Origin: an uncultured Candidatus Saccharibacteria bacterium | GTDB taxonomy: Bacteria > Patescibacteriota > Minisyncoccia > Phycocordibacterales > CAYGLL01 | Length of the DNA stretch: 64,000 nt | Assembly: GCA_964350935.1 (NCBI GenBank) | Contig: CAYGLL010000005.1 | Span: forward strand, 1,544-65,543 | Reading direction: 5' to 3' | In this document: in pieces, positions 17,898 through 27,100 of the stretch | How positions within the stretch are numbered: position 1 is the stretch's first letter | Layout of the letters: every line of letters starts with the position of its first letter | Program-made: the position numbers and the translations under genes | The notes under the pieces: generated by a model | Told to the model about the DNA's origin: nothing | What the model saw: the letters and a program-made list of their open reading frames with translations, nothing else | Databases searched by the model: none

Positions 17898-18638
17898 ATG
17901 AAAGCAATCATTACTGCCAATCCCCTTCTCTCTACTGTTCTCAATGTCTGGACCCAGGCCCAGCAACCAATGTACAAAGTAAAGCGCTGGGGCAAACATC
18001 ACCGGAAGTACGCTCGACTGCGACGACAGAGTACACTCGAACACACGTATTCAATCTGCATTTTGGTTGATATTGTGACCTCGATACTTTCCCGCCGTCG
18101 AAACATCGACCACAACCTCCTCCGACGCGCATTCCTCTACCACGATTTCTCCGAGGGCATCCTCGGACGAGATGTCACTCTCCGCAACAAAACTGATCGC
18201 AAAGACCTGGCAGAATATCTCGCGATCAAGGCGGTACTGGAACAAATTGATAAAGATTTCTGGCGAGAAGTTGAACGTGACTACCTTCTACAGTTCGCCC
18301 GCAAAAACCCTCGTTGTTTTCCTCTTCATGCCCGCGAGGTTATGTCGGAGTTGTGGAATAGAAACCGGATTGAGTGCCTCCTCTTTTATGGGATTGAAAC
18401 TCTCGACTACATTCTCTACCCTCTTTCGCACAAGAAAAAAGCAATCGCACCAGATCTCTTTTTTGATGTGATTGTAGGAAATGCTTCCAAACTTGATCGC
18501 TTATCCAAAGAGCTTCCCGAGTTTGGTGAACTGATCTGGACACCTGACGTTTCAGATGCGGTCAAAGAGTTCGCAAGAGAACATTATGCAAGCAATCCTG
18601 TAAAACGGAACGGAAAAGCACATCGGGTTCAAAAGTAA
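17898..18638 (+). CDS. HD-domain phosphohydrolase candidate (YfbR-like 5'-deoxynucleotidase?)
   Basis: 246 aa. AFLYHDFSEGILGRDVT contains the H-D metal-binding dyad of the HD superfamily. Upstream His residues are present (KHHRKY..LEHTYS). It lies among dNTP-metabolism genes. A terminator follows at 18647-18677. Confidence 0.4.
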   Translation: MKAIITANPLLSTVLNVWTQAQQPMYKVKRWGKHHRKYARLRRQSTLEHTYSICILVDIVTSILSRRRNIDHNLLRRAFLYHDFSEGILGRDVTLRNKTDRKDLAEYLAIKAVLEQIDKDFWREVERDYLLQFARKNPRCFPLHAREVMSELWNRNRIECLLFYGIETLDYILYPLSHKKKAIAPDLFFDVIVGNASKLDRLSKELPEFGELIWTPDVSDAVKEFAREHYASNPVKRNGKAHRVQK

Positions 18639-18646
18639 CCTGACCC

Positions 18647-18677
18647 AACGCGTACAATTCCTTTGTACGCGTTTTTC
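18647..18677 (+). terminator. Rho-independent terminator
   Basis: AACGCGTACAA-TTCCT-TTGTACGCGTT stem followed by TTTTC. Confidence 0.55.
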
Positions 18678-18720
18678 AATTAAAAAAGCGCCCCAGGCTG
18701 GAGCGCTCACTGAGAAGTAT

Positions 18721-19275
18721 TCACGCGGTTGCAAAGGCGTGATCGAAAACTCCCTTCATCCGAAGATCAATCTCAACGGAAGAAACAATACTTTCAAGCG
18801 AATCATACGGAAGGAAGCCCATCCAAACCCCAACGTAACGATCAGTGTTAGAGTGAGGCCTACGTGAGAAATCAAGCCCGCTCACACGATATTGTCGCAT
18901 GGCATTAATAACCGTGCCGCTCATACCAAGTGAATGATGTTCACCTGAAATGGTAATAACGCAATCGGCAATTCTGATGAAATCCTCGATTTCACTACTA
19001 AACGGATCAAACCCAAGAACTTCAATCGGGGTAGTAAAGTCGAGGACGATGATTCCCACAGCGCGAAGCTTTTCTTTAAGCTCGCAGATTTTTAGGTCGA
19101 GTGACTTCCTCTCAAGCCATGTTTCTCTTCCGCCCGAACCATCCTGCGAACAATCAATGTACACCTTCATAGTTTTTTGCGTTCCTTTCTCTAAAAGAGA
19201 GGTTACCACAGGCTTAGGTTTAGGTAAAACAAAATCCCGCCGCGAGTACACTCGCGGCGGGAAAAGAAAACTCAC
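18721..19275 (-). CDS. Hypothetical protein (184 aa)
   Basis: ORF overlapping the upstream gene's stop by 4 nt (coupled). No family recognised. Confidence 0.45.
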   Translation of the reverse strand: MSFLFPPRVYSRRDFVLPKPKPVVTSLLEKGTQKTMKVYIDCSQDGSGGRETWLERKSLDLKICELKEKLRAVGIIVLDFTTPIEVLGFDPFSSEIEDFIRIADCVITISGEHHSLGMSGTVINAMRQYRVSGLDFSRRPHSNTDRYVGVWMGFLPYDSLESIVSSVEIDLRMKGVFDHAFATA

Positions 19276-19964
19276 TTAACTGAAAAGCTTTCTGCAATCG
19301 GGTAGCCGCAGCGACAAGGTACGCGCTTACAATCGATGCATCCATCAGAAAACATTTCTTGATAAGCAGTGCCCAATTCAACCTTGAGACAATTGAACAC
19401 GGCAAATGCATTCGCAAGAACATCCACAAACTCTTCCTGAACCTTCGGGAAAAGATCGTACCGGTGCGTGGCGCAAAATCGATCAAGTGCCGTTTGAAGT
19501 TCGATTGCCTCTTCGACAAAGTGGGGCGCTGAAACTTCGAGCTCGTTTAACGGATAAATCCGCGCAAACATTGCTTGGAAGTCAGTAATGCTTGTGGGTC
19601 GTAGATCGAAGCGGCCGCAATATCGTTCGAGGTCAAGCCGTTTCTTGTCCTTCAAATGTTTCGAAGGGTCGCAAGGGCAACAAGCACAATAAGGGCACGC
19701 GGCCGGAAAGTGCTTCCAGACTTGACCTCTAACGCTAATCTCAAGCGCGTTAGCTAGCGCCATCGCCCAAGAAAAGGCCAGGGCAACATTTTGCTTTAGA
19801 AGCGCTTCCTCCCCTTTGCGATTCGCTTTGAGCACTCGGCCGGACGCTTCAACAATTCTTCCAGCCATACCCTTGGGGCCAAACTGTCGTTGGTTCTGAA
19901 TACGATAGATCGCAGCATTAAGGCCCTGCGCATCATCAAAAGAGAAATCAGGATCAATTTTCAT
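19272..19964 (-). CDS. MazG-like (all-alpha NTP pyrophosphohydrolase) tandem-domain protein with a Cys-rich insert (tentative)
   Basis: Two segments fit the MazG EExxE(L)...D...LA..LGI pattern (KGEEALLKQNVALAFSWAMALANALEI and HFVEEAIELQTALDRF...VDVLANAFAVFNCL). Cys clusters CPYCACCPCD and CIDCKRVPCRCG are present. Assignment is by motif only. Confidence 0.35.
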   Translation of the reverse strand: MKIDPDFSFDDAQGLNAAIYRIQNQRQFGPKGMAGRIVEASGRVLKANRKGEEALLKQNVALAFSWAMALANALEISVRGQVWKHFPAACPYCACCPCDPSKHLKDKKRLDLERYCGRFDLRPTSITDFQAMFARIYPLNELEVSAPHFVEEAIELQTALDRFCATHRYDLFPKVQEEFVDVLANAFAVFNCLKVELGTAYQEMFSDGCIDCKRVPCRCGYPIAESFSVK

Positions 19965-20042
19965 AGATCAAACCTTTCTCCCGCCAACTTACCACAGGTG
20001 CAGAAAAAGAAAACTGTTTGACAAACCCCGCAGCCGAAGCTA

Positions 20043-20408
20043 ATGTCTCGAGAGAAAGGAAACTGTATGTCACTGGATCGATTTGTTTACTGGAAAGACA
20101 AAAGACCGAAAGCAACCGATGTTGGAAAAGTTCTCCGGAATTTCATTGGTGAAAGCGGAAAGGTAACGTGGACGGGCGGAAGATGGTTCTGTACTTTCCC
20201 CGGCAAACCAACCCATCCACTCAAGGACGTTCCCGGTTTCCCTCAGGAAAAATTGATTCCGCCACGAGATGATGAACGTTGGTTCGAAGTTTATTGTGCA
20301 GATGACAACATCGACATTATCACGCGCATGCAGGACGAGTTCACCAACGCAGTTGCTTTAGGGTTTCAAGACCTCTGCGCCCGCATTTGGGAAGGTAAGC
20401 TTCACTAA
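20043..20408 (+). CDS. Hypothetical protein (121 aa)
   Basis: ORF followed by a hairpin plus T-run at 20419-20448. Confidence 0.4.
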   Translation: MSREKGNCMSLDRFVYWKDKRPKATDVGKVLRNFIGESGKVTWTGGRWFCTFPGKPTHPLKDVPGFPQEKLIPPRDDERWFEVYCADDNIDIITRMQDEFTNAVALGFQDLCARIWEGKLH

Positions 20409-20418
20409 TATCTTCCGC

Positions 20419-20448
20419 CCCTGCGCCACAACCGGCGCAGGTTTTTTG
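20419..20448 (+). terminator. Rho-independent terminator (plus strand)
   Basis: CCTGCGCC-ACAACC-GGCGCAGG followed by TTTTTT. Confidence 0.55.
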
Positions 20449-20452
20449 TTAC

Positions 20453-20484
20453 AAAAAACCGCCCTGAGTATGAGCTCAGGGCGG
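20453..20484 (-). terminator. Rho-independent terminator (minus strand) for the histidine phosphatase gene
   Basis: CCGCCCTGAG-TATG-CTCAGGGCGG stem preceded on the plus strand by AAAAAA, which is a U-run on the minus strand. Forms a convergent pair with the preceding terminator. Confidence 0.55.
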
Positions 20485-20489
20485 ACTGA

Positions 20490-21326
20490 TCAAAAGACCA
20501 TGCGGGGGAACTTTCTCACGCGCGTGAGAAGCTCCTTATTGGTGTACTTTTTTCGAAGAATCGGCTGCCACTCGTTAGGTGAGAGCGTCAAATCCCAAGG
20601 ACAGAGAGACCGAACCCACGCGTAGTACGGATGGACCACCGTGCTCTGTGGACACACGCGTGTGTAGTGAATGATCTGACAGTTGTGAATATCGTGGAAT
20701 GGATCTTTGGAATTTTTCCGCCGATTGAACTCGTCAATCGAGTAGCGTTCGAGGCGAGTCCGAAATGCCCACATCATCTCACCGTGACAAACCATGATGA
20801 CACTTTTTCCCACATACTCTCGATGGAGCGTATGGAGGACGCGATCTCCACGCAGGCACACATCGGCCACACTCAAACCATTCTGAGGAATCCACAGTAG
20901 TGGCTCCCGCTTTCGCGCTTCATTTGCCTCAGCGTGAATGGTCGTTCGCTTGCTCGCAGGTAAATGCTCCATCACTCCACCATCACGTTCACGCAAGTAG
21001 AGCTCGGATTTCCAGAGCGCCCCACGTAGGCCAAGAAGTGCGGCAGTTTCCATCGCACGAACATACTCGGATGTGAAATAACCGTCAAAGCGTTTGGAGA
21101 TGTTCTCCTTGATCCATACGCCGGCTGCGCGAGCCTGAGATCGACCAGTCGACGTAAGACGCCACTGCCAACTGTGGCGATTCTTGAATTCTTCAGTATA
21201 GGCGCTCTCGTCATTTTCATGGAACGATCGTCGTATTGCCAGATTTCCCTCGGATTCGCCATGACGAACGAGGATAAGGTGTAGCGGCATTGCCATAGCT
21301 GTATTTCCTTTCTTGACCCGCCCCAA
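20490..21326 (-). CDS. Histidine phosphatase superfamily protein (phosphoglycerate mutase-like)
   Basis: LHLILVRHGESEGN contains the RHGE catalytic motif. The second catalytic His lies in VIMVCHGEMM. 278 aa. Confidence 0.65.
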   Translation of the reverse strand: MGRVKKGNTAMAMPLHLILVRHGESEGNLAIRRSFHENDESAYTEEFKNRHSWQWRLTSTGRSQARAAGVWIKENISKRFDGYFTSEYVRAMETAALLGLRGALWKSELYLRERDGGVMEHLPASKRTTIHAEANEARKREPLLWIPQNGLSVADVCLRGDRVLHTLHREYVGKSVIMVCHGEMMWAFRTRLERYSIDEFNRRKNSKDPFHDIHNCQIIHYTRVCPQSTVVHPYYAWVRSLCPWDLTLSPNEWQPILRKKYTNKELLTRVRKFPRMVF

Positions 21327-21392
21327 AGGCGTAGGTCGTTGGTTGTAAATATCTGTCTAAACTCACTATACTCAATTCAGTCATTCGAGCAA

Positions 21393-21423
21393 GAAAAAAC
21401 CCCGCAACATCGCTGCTGCGGGG
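21393..21423 (-). terminator. Rho-independent terminator after the pilin gene
   Basis: CCCCGCA...TGCGGGG stem with a plus-strand A-run (U-run on the minus strand). Confidence 0.55.
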
Positions 21424-21444
21424 TTTGCCACTAGGTGGCTCTGA

Positions 21445-21831
21445 TCACTTGGCACCGAGACTCGGCCCGGGCAGAGCGTGGTCATTCCAAGTGTGCGAAA
21501 TGTCACGATGCGAACAGGTCGGCACCTCAGCCACCGTGCCGATGGTATAGGTGCCACTGGCAGGACAGGTTGGCTCGTCGCGGATGTAGTTCTGCGAGCC
21601 GTAGAGCTCTGTCGCTGCCGGCGTGTCCGTGCCGACCTTCTTCTTCTCGATGGCCCAGGTCGCCTTGGCGCCATCAATCTGCTTGAGATTGGCGACACAG
21701 GCGTTCTTGTGAGACGTAGCTCGCGCTCGGACGAAGTTCGGAATCGCGATCGCGGCCAAGAGGCCGATAATGGCGACGACGATCATGATTTCGACGAGGG
21801 TAAATGCGTTTCGGGATTTGTTCATGTTCAT
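21445..21831 (-). CDS. Type IV pilin / pseudopilin-like protein with prepilin N-terminal methylation motif
   Basis: MNMNKSRNAFTLVEIMIVVAIIGLLAAIAIPNF carries the class III signal (G/A-F-T-L-(V/I)-E) followed by a hydrophobic helix. 128 aa. A canonical promoter lies upstream. Confidence 0.8.
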   Translation of the reverse strand: MNMNKSRNAFTLVEIMIVVAIIGLLAAIAIPNFVRARATSHKNACVANLKQIDGAKATWAIEKKKVGTDTPAATELYGSQNYIRDEPTCPASGTYTIGTVAEVPTCSHRDISHTWNDHALPGPSLGAK

Positions 21832-21885
21832 TCAGGATATGCGGTTGTTGGTTTTGTGCGGGTGGGTTTTTCCACCTCTTGGTCA

Positions 21886-21913
21886 ATTATAGCACAAATA
21901 TAAACTATGTCAA
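21886..21913 (-). promoter_or_regulatory. Sigma70-type promoter (TTGACA-16 nt-TATAAT) for the pilin gene
   Basis: On the minus strand, TTGACA is at 21913-21908 and TATAAT at 21891-21886, roughly 45 nt upstream of the ATG at 21831. Confidence 0.5.
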
Positions 21914-21919
21914 TATAAC

Positions 21920-21949
21920 AAAAAACGGCTCAGTAGGAGCCGTTTTTGT
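21920..21949. terminator. Bidirectional hairpin terminator immediately after rplK
   Basis: AAAAACGGCTC-AGTAG-GAGCCGTTTTT is symmetric with A/T runs on both sides. It sits directly downstream of rplK on the minus strand, so rplK is not followed by rplA here. Confidence 0.6.
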
Positions 21950-21967
21950 AAAGAAAACAAACTTGTA

Positions 21968-22390
21968 TTATTTGATATCGACTCCCATTGCTCTTGCAGA
22001 TCCTTGAATTGTTCTCATCGCAGATTCAACTGAATTTACTGCGAGATCTTTCATTTTACGCTCAGCGATCTCTTGAAGCTGACCCTTAGTGATTGATCCG
22101 GCTTTGGCAGTTGCGTTCTTTCCCGATCCTTTTTCAATCTTAGCTGCTTTCTTAATCAAATAGGCCGCGGGTGGCTGATGAAGGTCGAGTTGGAAGGTTT
22201 TGTCATCGTAAATCATAACGTTGACCGGAACCAATTCCCCCATTCGATCTTTGGTTGCCGTGTTAAACCGGCTCACAAATTCACCGATGTTAACCTTTGC
22301 CTGACCAAGTGCAGGGCCAATAGGCGGCGCGGCTGAAGCTTTGCCTCCGTCAATTGCTAACTTAAGTTTTCTGACCAATTTTTTTGCCAT
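21968..22390 (-). CDS. rplK: 50S ribosomal protein L11
   Basis: 140 aa. KLAIDGGKASAAPPIGPALGQAKVNIGEFVSRFN and the C-terminal TKGQLQEIAE match L11. Confidence 0.92.
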   Translation of the reverse strand: MAKKLVRKLKLAIDGGKASAAPPIGPALGQAKVNIGEFVSRFNTATKDRMGELVPVNVMIYDDKTFQLDLHQPPAAYLIKKAAKIEKGSGKNATAKAGSITKGQLQEIAERKMKDLAVNSVESAMRTIQGSARAMGVDIK

Positions 22391-22392
22391 GA

Positions 22393-22510
22393 TTGATTTT
22401 TCTTAGTGAGCGGAGCGAGCTTAGAAACAATCCTCACCCCGTGGAGTACAAATCTAGCAGATTTGTATTTGCGAAGCAAATTACTCCACGGGGTTAACAA
22501 TTATATAGTC
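22393..22510 (-). ncRNA. Conserved 5' leader element of rplK (hairpin CCCCGUGGAGUA...UACUCCACGGGG), paralogous to the secE leader
   Basis: A 12-bp stem with a ~33-nt loop lies directly between a -10-like TATAAT and the rplK ATG. A near-identical element precedes secE (23274-23400) with similar flanks. Confidence 0.45.
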
Positions 22511-22528
22511 GTTCTACTCCTTATAATT

Positions 22529-23074
22529 CTAAATTTTACGAATTTGCAAGAAGTCGAGCTCAACTGGAGTTTCGCGCCCGAACATTGAGACCAACACCTT
22601 GATTTTGCCGCGTTCATTGTCGACTTCGAACACTTTACCTTCAAGATCTTTAAAGGGACCGTCAACGATGGTAACCGCATCATCAACCACAAGGTCAATG
22701 TTATGTTTTACCGTATCAGCGTTCATGCGGCGGAAGAGTTCGTCAATTTCCTTCTGCTCCAAGGGAACAGGAAACACACCTGAACCTACGAAACCGGTGA
22801 CGCGCGGCGTGTTACGGACCACGTACCACGAGTCGTCGGTAACAATCATATCTACCAAAACATATCCGGGATATATTTTTTCTTCTTCTTCAACGCGCTT
22901 GCCTCCCTTAACCTTGATCTTCTTTTCAGTTGGTACGACAACGGCAAAAATCTTAGACTCCATGCCCAGAGACTCAATGCGCTGTTTCAAATTGCGGCAC
23001 ACCGCATTTTCGTACCCAGCATACGTATGAATTGCATACCAACTGCGAGACCCTTCGTTTTGTTGTTTTGCCAT
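22529..23074 (-). CDS. nusG: Transcription termination/antitermination factor NusG
   Basis: NGN domain (WYAIHTYAGYENAVCRNLKQRI) and KOW domain (GDAVTIVDGPFKDLEGKVFEVDNERGKIKVLVSMFGRETPVELDFLQI). The start is taken at the internal Met (MAKQQ). The listed ORF runs further upstream into non-coding sequence. Confidence 0.9.
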   Translation of the reverse strand: MAKQQNEGSRSWYAIHTYAGYENAVCRNLKQRIESLGMESKIFAVVVPTEKKIKVKGGKRVEEEEKIYPGYVLVDMIVTDDSWYVVRNTPRVTGFVGSGVFPVPLEQKEIDELFRRMNADTVKHNIDLVVDDAVTIVDGPFKDLEGKVFEVDNERGKIKVLVSMFGRETPVELDFLQIRKI

Positions 23075-23087
23075 GACTAAAAATAAA

Positions 23088-23273
23088 TTACTTAAGTATG
23101 ATGCTGTTGAGAGCCAGTGAGAAAATACCGTCAAAGATACCGAGGTATGCCGAAACTGCAACTGAAATTGCAACAACTGAAAGTGTGTAGCCGATCGCCT
23201 GTTTCCGTGTCGGCCACGAAACATGTTTCATCTCTGCGCGCGTTTCTTTAATATATTCAACAATTTTTGACAT
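23088..23273 (-). CDS. secE: Preprotein translocase subunit SecE
   Basis: 61 aa with a single C-terminal TM helix (IGYTLSVVAISVAVSAYLGIFDGIFSLAL). It sits in the conserved position immediately upstream of nusG. Confidence 0.8.
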   Translation of the reverse strand: MSKIVEYIKETRAEMKHVSWPTRKQAIGYTLSVVAISVAVSAYLGIFDGIFSLALNSIILK

Positions 23274-23400
23274 GAATGATTTTCTTAACGAACGAAGTGA
23301 GTCTATAGAAAATCTTTACCCCGTGGAATACAAATCCTTCAGATTTGAATGCGTAAAACACATTATTCCACGGGGTAAGAAAATACAGTCGCTTCGCTCC
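23274..23400 (-). ncRNA. Conserved 5' leader element of secE (hairpin CCCCGUGGAAUA...UAUUCCACGGGG), paralog of the rplK leader
   Basis: 12-bp stem and similar flanking sequence (CTTA..GAGCGAAG..) to the rplK leader. A terminator of the upstream gene sits at 23420-23440. Confidence 0.45.
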
Positions 23401-23489
23401 GAATTTTCTTACTAAAAAAGGCCCGACGGCCTTTATAGATGTGTATACTACTCTCTTTAAGGGCTTTGTCAAACACGCGCTCCCACGAT

Positions 23490-24146
23490 CTAGTTCCCGC
23501 TAAACGTTATGCGTGGAATAAGTGCAATGAGCTCCTCACGTGCAAGAGCGGTTTTTTGCTGAAGATTTATCGACACCATAACGATAAGTTCACCTTTAGG
23601 AGCAGCCATTTTTACCACGTGCACCAACGACCCGCCACCATCATACCCTTCAATAATTTTGAACTGTTTTTCTCCGATCGTAACAATTTCAGTTCCTTTT
23701 TTTTGTAACGTCGTAAACGCCGCGCTCTCAATTGCACAACAAGCGATCGTAATCGTTAGGGGTGACTTTGAAGATCGAAACGCTAGACTCTGATCAGGAT
23801 ATTGCAACTTTCCTTCGGTAAAAGGGGCTGACATATCTATCGAGACTCCCCAGTTTATAAAATCAAAATGGTTGAACCCCTCCCTGGTTTTGGTAGTTGC
23901 AGTAACGATTCCCGCATTGGGGAGAAGTGGCCTCTTAGTAACCTCGCTAATTGATATAACGGCGCGCGGTGATTCATCTCGGGGTGGCATCCACACATTT
24001 ACGGTCGGTGATTCTTGGGGTTGGGGCGGTTCTGAAACCGTTGCAGATACCCAGCACCACACCACCACACCTACGGCGATAACGATACCGCTGACGATAT
24101 AAAAAGTTCGAGATAGTTTTATCATGTTATATTTCTTTAAAATCAT
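23490..24146 (-). CDS. Membrane-anchored hypothetical protein
   Basis: 218 aa. N-terminal TM segment (FYIVSGIVIAVGVVVWCWV) followed by a Pro-rich linker. Overlaps the start of the 1298-aa gene by 20 nt. Confidence 0.5.
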   Translation of the reverse strand: MILKKYNMIKLSRTFYIVSGIVIAVGVVVWCWVSATVSEPPQPQESPTVNVWMPPRDESPRAVISISEVTKRPLLPNAGIVTATTKTREGFNHFDFINWGVSIDMSAPFTEGKLQYPDQSLAFRSSKSPLTITIACCAIESAAFTTLQKKGTEIVTIGEKQFKIIEGYDGGGSLVHVVKMAAPKGELIVMVSINLQQKTALAREELIALIPRITFSGN

Positions 24147-27100
24147 CTTTTCGCACCTTAATCTCTACTGTTTGTATAACAGACACACTGGTCTGATCGA
24201 GACACGTAATGGTGAAGCTTACTGGCGAAAGTATCGAGCTCGTTACAAACGTGCCGTTACGTGAACCTCCCGATGAAAGCGGCCACAAACTTGTCCCACC
24301 ACTTCGCGTACAGCTGTTATCCTGAATCGCGCTGTTCGACGCCCAGTCGAGACGGGCACGCGAGCCCAAACTAACTGTTACAGGACCTGAGCTTCCATTT
24401 GCCGTAAGTATCAAACTTCCTGTCGGAGCTGAACCCACCGGAACAACCCGCGTAACAGGGCCACTCGAGAGACCATCAAGACCCTGACACTCAATCGTAA
24501 AGGTTTTACTCAAAACTCCTGAGGCGGGGATAGTGACGACATCTGAACCGGAAAGCGCATTGTTGGAACTTGTCCAGTCCCCGCTTCGCGTACACGTGGT
24601 TGCTTCGGCCGATGACCACACCACGGTAATCTGTCCGCCTGCAAAAGCACTACTCGGTGCCGTGATGAAAGCGCGCGGCAGAGGAACATATCGTAGGGTA
24701 ACTTTGGTAACAGTCTGATTAGTGACTGACAATGAGAGCGAACACTGCGTTCCATCACAGGTAGGAATTGCTACGTAATTCCCTGGATTAGAATTAACAC
24801 ATTCGGTGCCACCGATGAGATAGGTGCATGACGCCCACGTCTCGCGATAGTTAGGAAAGTCGTGAATTAAGAGCGTATGAGCTCCCGACGGAATACCGTT
24901 AAAATCGGCTATTCCACTTAGCGCATTCGCCGTTACCCATAAACCACTATTGAGTTTTGCCTCAACACCGGCCGGTGCAGACTCAGGAAAACCGCTGGCA
25001 ACAGTATCAGTGACAAATGTGGCGCGGATATTTCCTCCATTAAAACCAACGGTCACTGATTGCGATCCTGCGCCCGATGCTCCGGTACAGTTTGCGGTGA
25101 ACGTTGTTGCCGCGGGAATAGTGAGATTATTTTGTGTTCCTGATGTTCCCGTCCACGAATAACTCCCACCGGAAACGGTACAACTCGTAGCGCCAGGTGC
25201 CGACCACGTAAGAGTGAATGTCTCCCCCGAACTTACCGATGCCTTTGAACTTGAGATTGAAATGTTTAATGGATTTGGCGTGTACTGAAACACAAACTTA
25301 GGCTGGTCTGAGACACTGAGTGCTGGAGTTGCGTAGGAACAAACGGTACCATTGCATGTTGGTGTAAAAGGGTACGTAGTAACACTGCATCCGGCTGAAT
25401 AACAAGCGCCAACACGTTCAGTAAAACCTGACGCGTCAGTTACATAGAGCGTATGCGGTAAAGCAGCGACACTCGTAGTATAAGGATTATTAGCAATCAG
25501 TGACGTACTTGAATCTACTCCGGTGCGTGTGCCTGCTGGTGCTGAAGCTACTGTTCCCGAGACACCGACACGCGTAATTGTTATAGGCAGCGTAGCGACA
25601 GTGTATCCTACAAAAAATTGACGCGCAGTACCAGGTCGAATATCAAACGCGGGTGTTGTACACCACCCCCCGCCACAATTCATAGCAGTATACGTACCAC
25701 TTCCGGTGCATCCAATCGGGCCGGTTGGATTAAAGTAACGATCATAGGTACAGAAATCGTACCGAGCCGTGTACCCCGGAATATCTTTTACCTGGAGAGT
25801 TTGTCCGGTAAGTGGAGGACTGATATTCCAACGCACCGAACCGTCGGGCTGCGGGTTTTGCGTCAGACTTGGACTACTATTTATCCTTCCCTGAATACCT
25901 GCTGGGAACGTTCCTGAATTAGCAAATAACGCGATAACTTCGCCTGAATTTGGAACATACCTAAACACCACCTTTCGAGTAATACCCACGGGCAGGTTTG
26001 GCGACTGAACTCCAAAACCAGAAACGCCACCACTCGTGGTAAACGCTGACGTGTTACTTGTGAGTAAAGCCGGAAACGAAGCGAAACACTCAAGACCTTG
26101 TGGTTCCCCTCCCAAGGGGTACTCACAGGTATCCGTTTGAACAACATATCCCGATTGTGCCGTCACTCCAATAAAGAAATTTCCTCCGGCTTTATCAGTG
26201 CGTTGACCGTACGGGTTCAGAGAAACTGAATTGGTAAAAGGAATGCTCGTAAGTGATACAGGGGTAAAATCGGCATACCATGTTTTAGTTGAGGACGTTT
26301 CAGGGATAAGATTTAAATACTCATCGTAACGTTCAATGAAAAAGGAATTTTTAGGAACTACGCCAAGAATAGTACAGCCTGTTACAACTCCGGGACCAGT
26401 ATCCTGAACGGTTGTTCCCGGTAAACCACTCTGAATGTCATTCACTATTCCACGGATGTAAAAACTATTGTACCGAATGCCCGGGTAGGTACCTTCGTAT
26501 CCGCCATTAAACGTACCGGGAACAATTGAAATAGTTACTGGTCTCCCCGTCGTCTCGTATATGGGCGGACAGGTTGAAGGATTACAGCCACCCGGAAGGA
26601 AGAAGAGTCGATACCACAGCGTGTCGGTGTTATAGGTTCCGTCGTTTGGCGCACCACCCGAGAGATTGGGGGTTAGCGTGACGGTGTCACCGACAAAATA
26701 TGACTTGAGCCCCGCGTTATAACTTGAGACAGGAAATGGGTTTGATGCCTGAACAAGAGGACTGCTTATCGTACACCCGTTCACTACCAAGCATTCCGTA
26801 TATCGTGTTGAAACACCGGTGGACTGCGGAGTCTCACTATTAAACGGCGCGCCAAAATACGCACTCACACGATAGGTATGATTGCTGCCGCTTACCATTG
26901 CTGAGGCATCGGTATAACTTGGAGTCAAACCCCGATAAATAGGCGTGGGATTTGAATCGCGATAGAGGCGATACTCTGTTATGCCAACCATCGTATCATC
27001 CCAGGAAAGTTTTATCGGACCGCAGTCCTGTGGAAGATTGGCGTTCAGGCGGATATCGTACGTTGAAGTATGCAACACTTGAAGTCCGGTCGGAGACGTA

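Noticed and set aside
21381-21903. Arg/Pro-rich ORFs (105, 83 and 141 aa) overlapping the pilin-like gene on both strands
   Set aside because: These are alternative-frame artefacts of a GC-rich gene. The pilin-like frame has a canonical prepilin N-terminus and its own promoter and terminator.
22529-23224. N-terminal 50-aa extension of the NusG ORF as listed
   Set aside because: The extension covers the promoter/leader region (Phe/Leu/His-rich nonsense). NusG homology begins exactly at the internal MAKQQ Met, 13 nt after the secE stop.
23290-23345. Possible tRNA upstream of secE (tRNA-Trp commonly precedes secE)
   Set aside because: The element is a single 12-bp-stem hairpin with a ~33-nt loop. 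It has no acceptor/D/anticodon/T-arm cloverleaf and no GTTCGAATC-like T-loop. It was interpreted as a leader hairpin instead.
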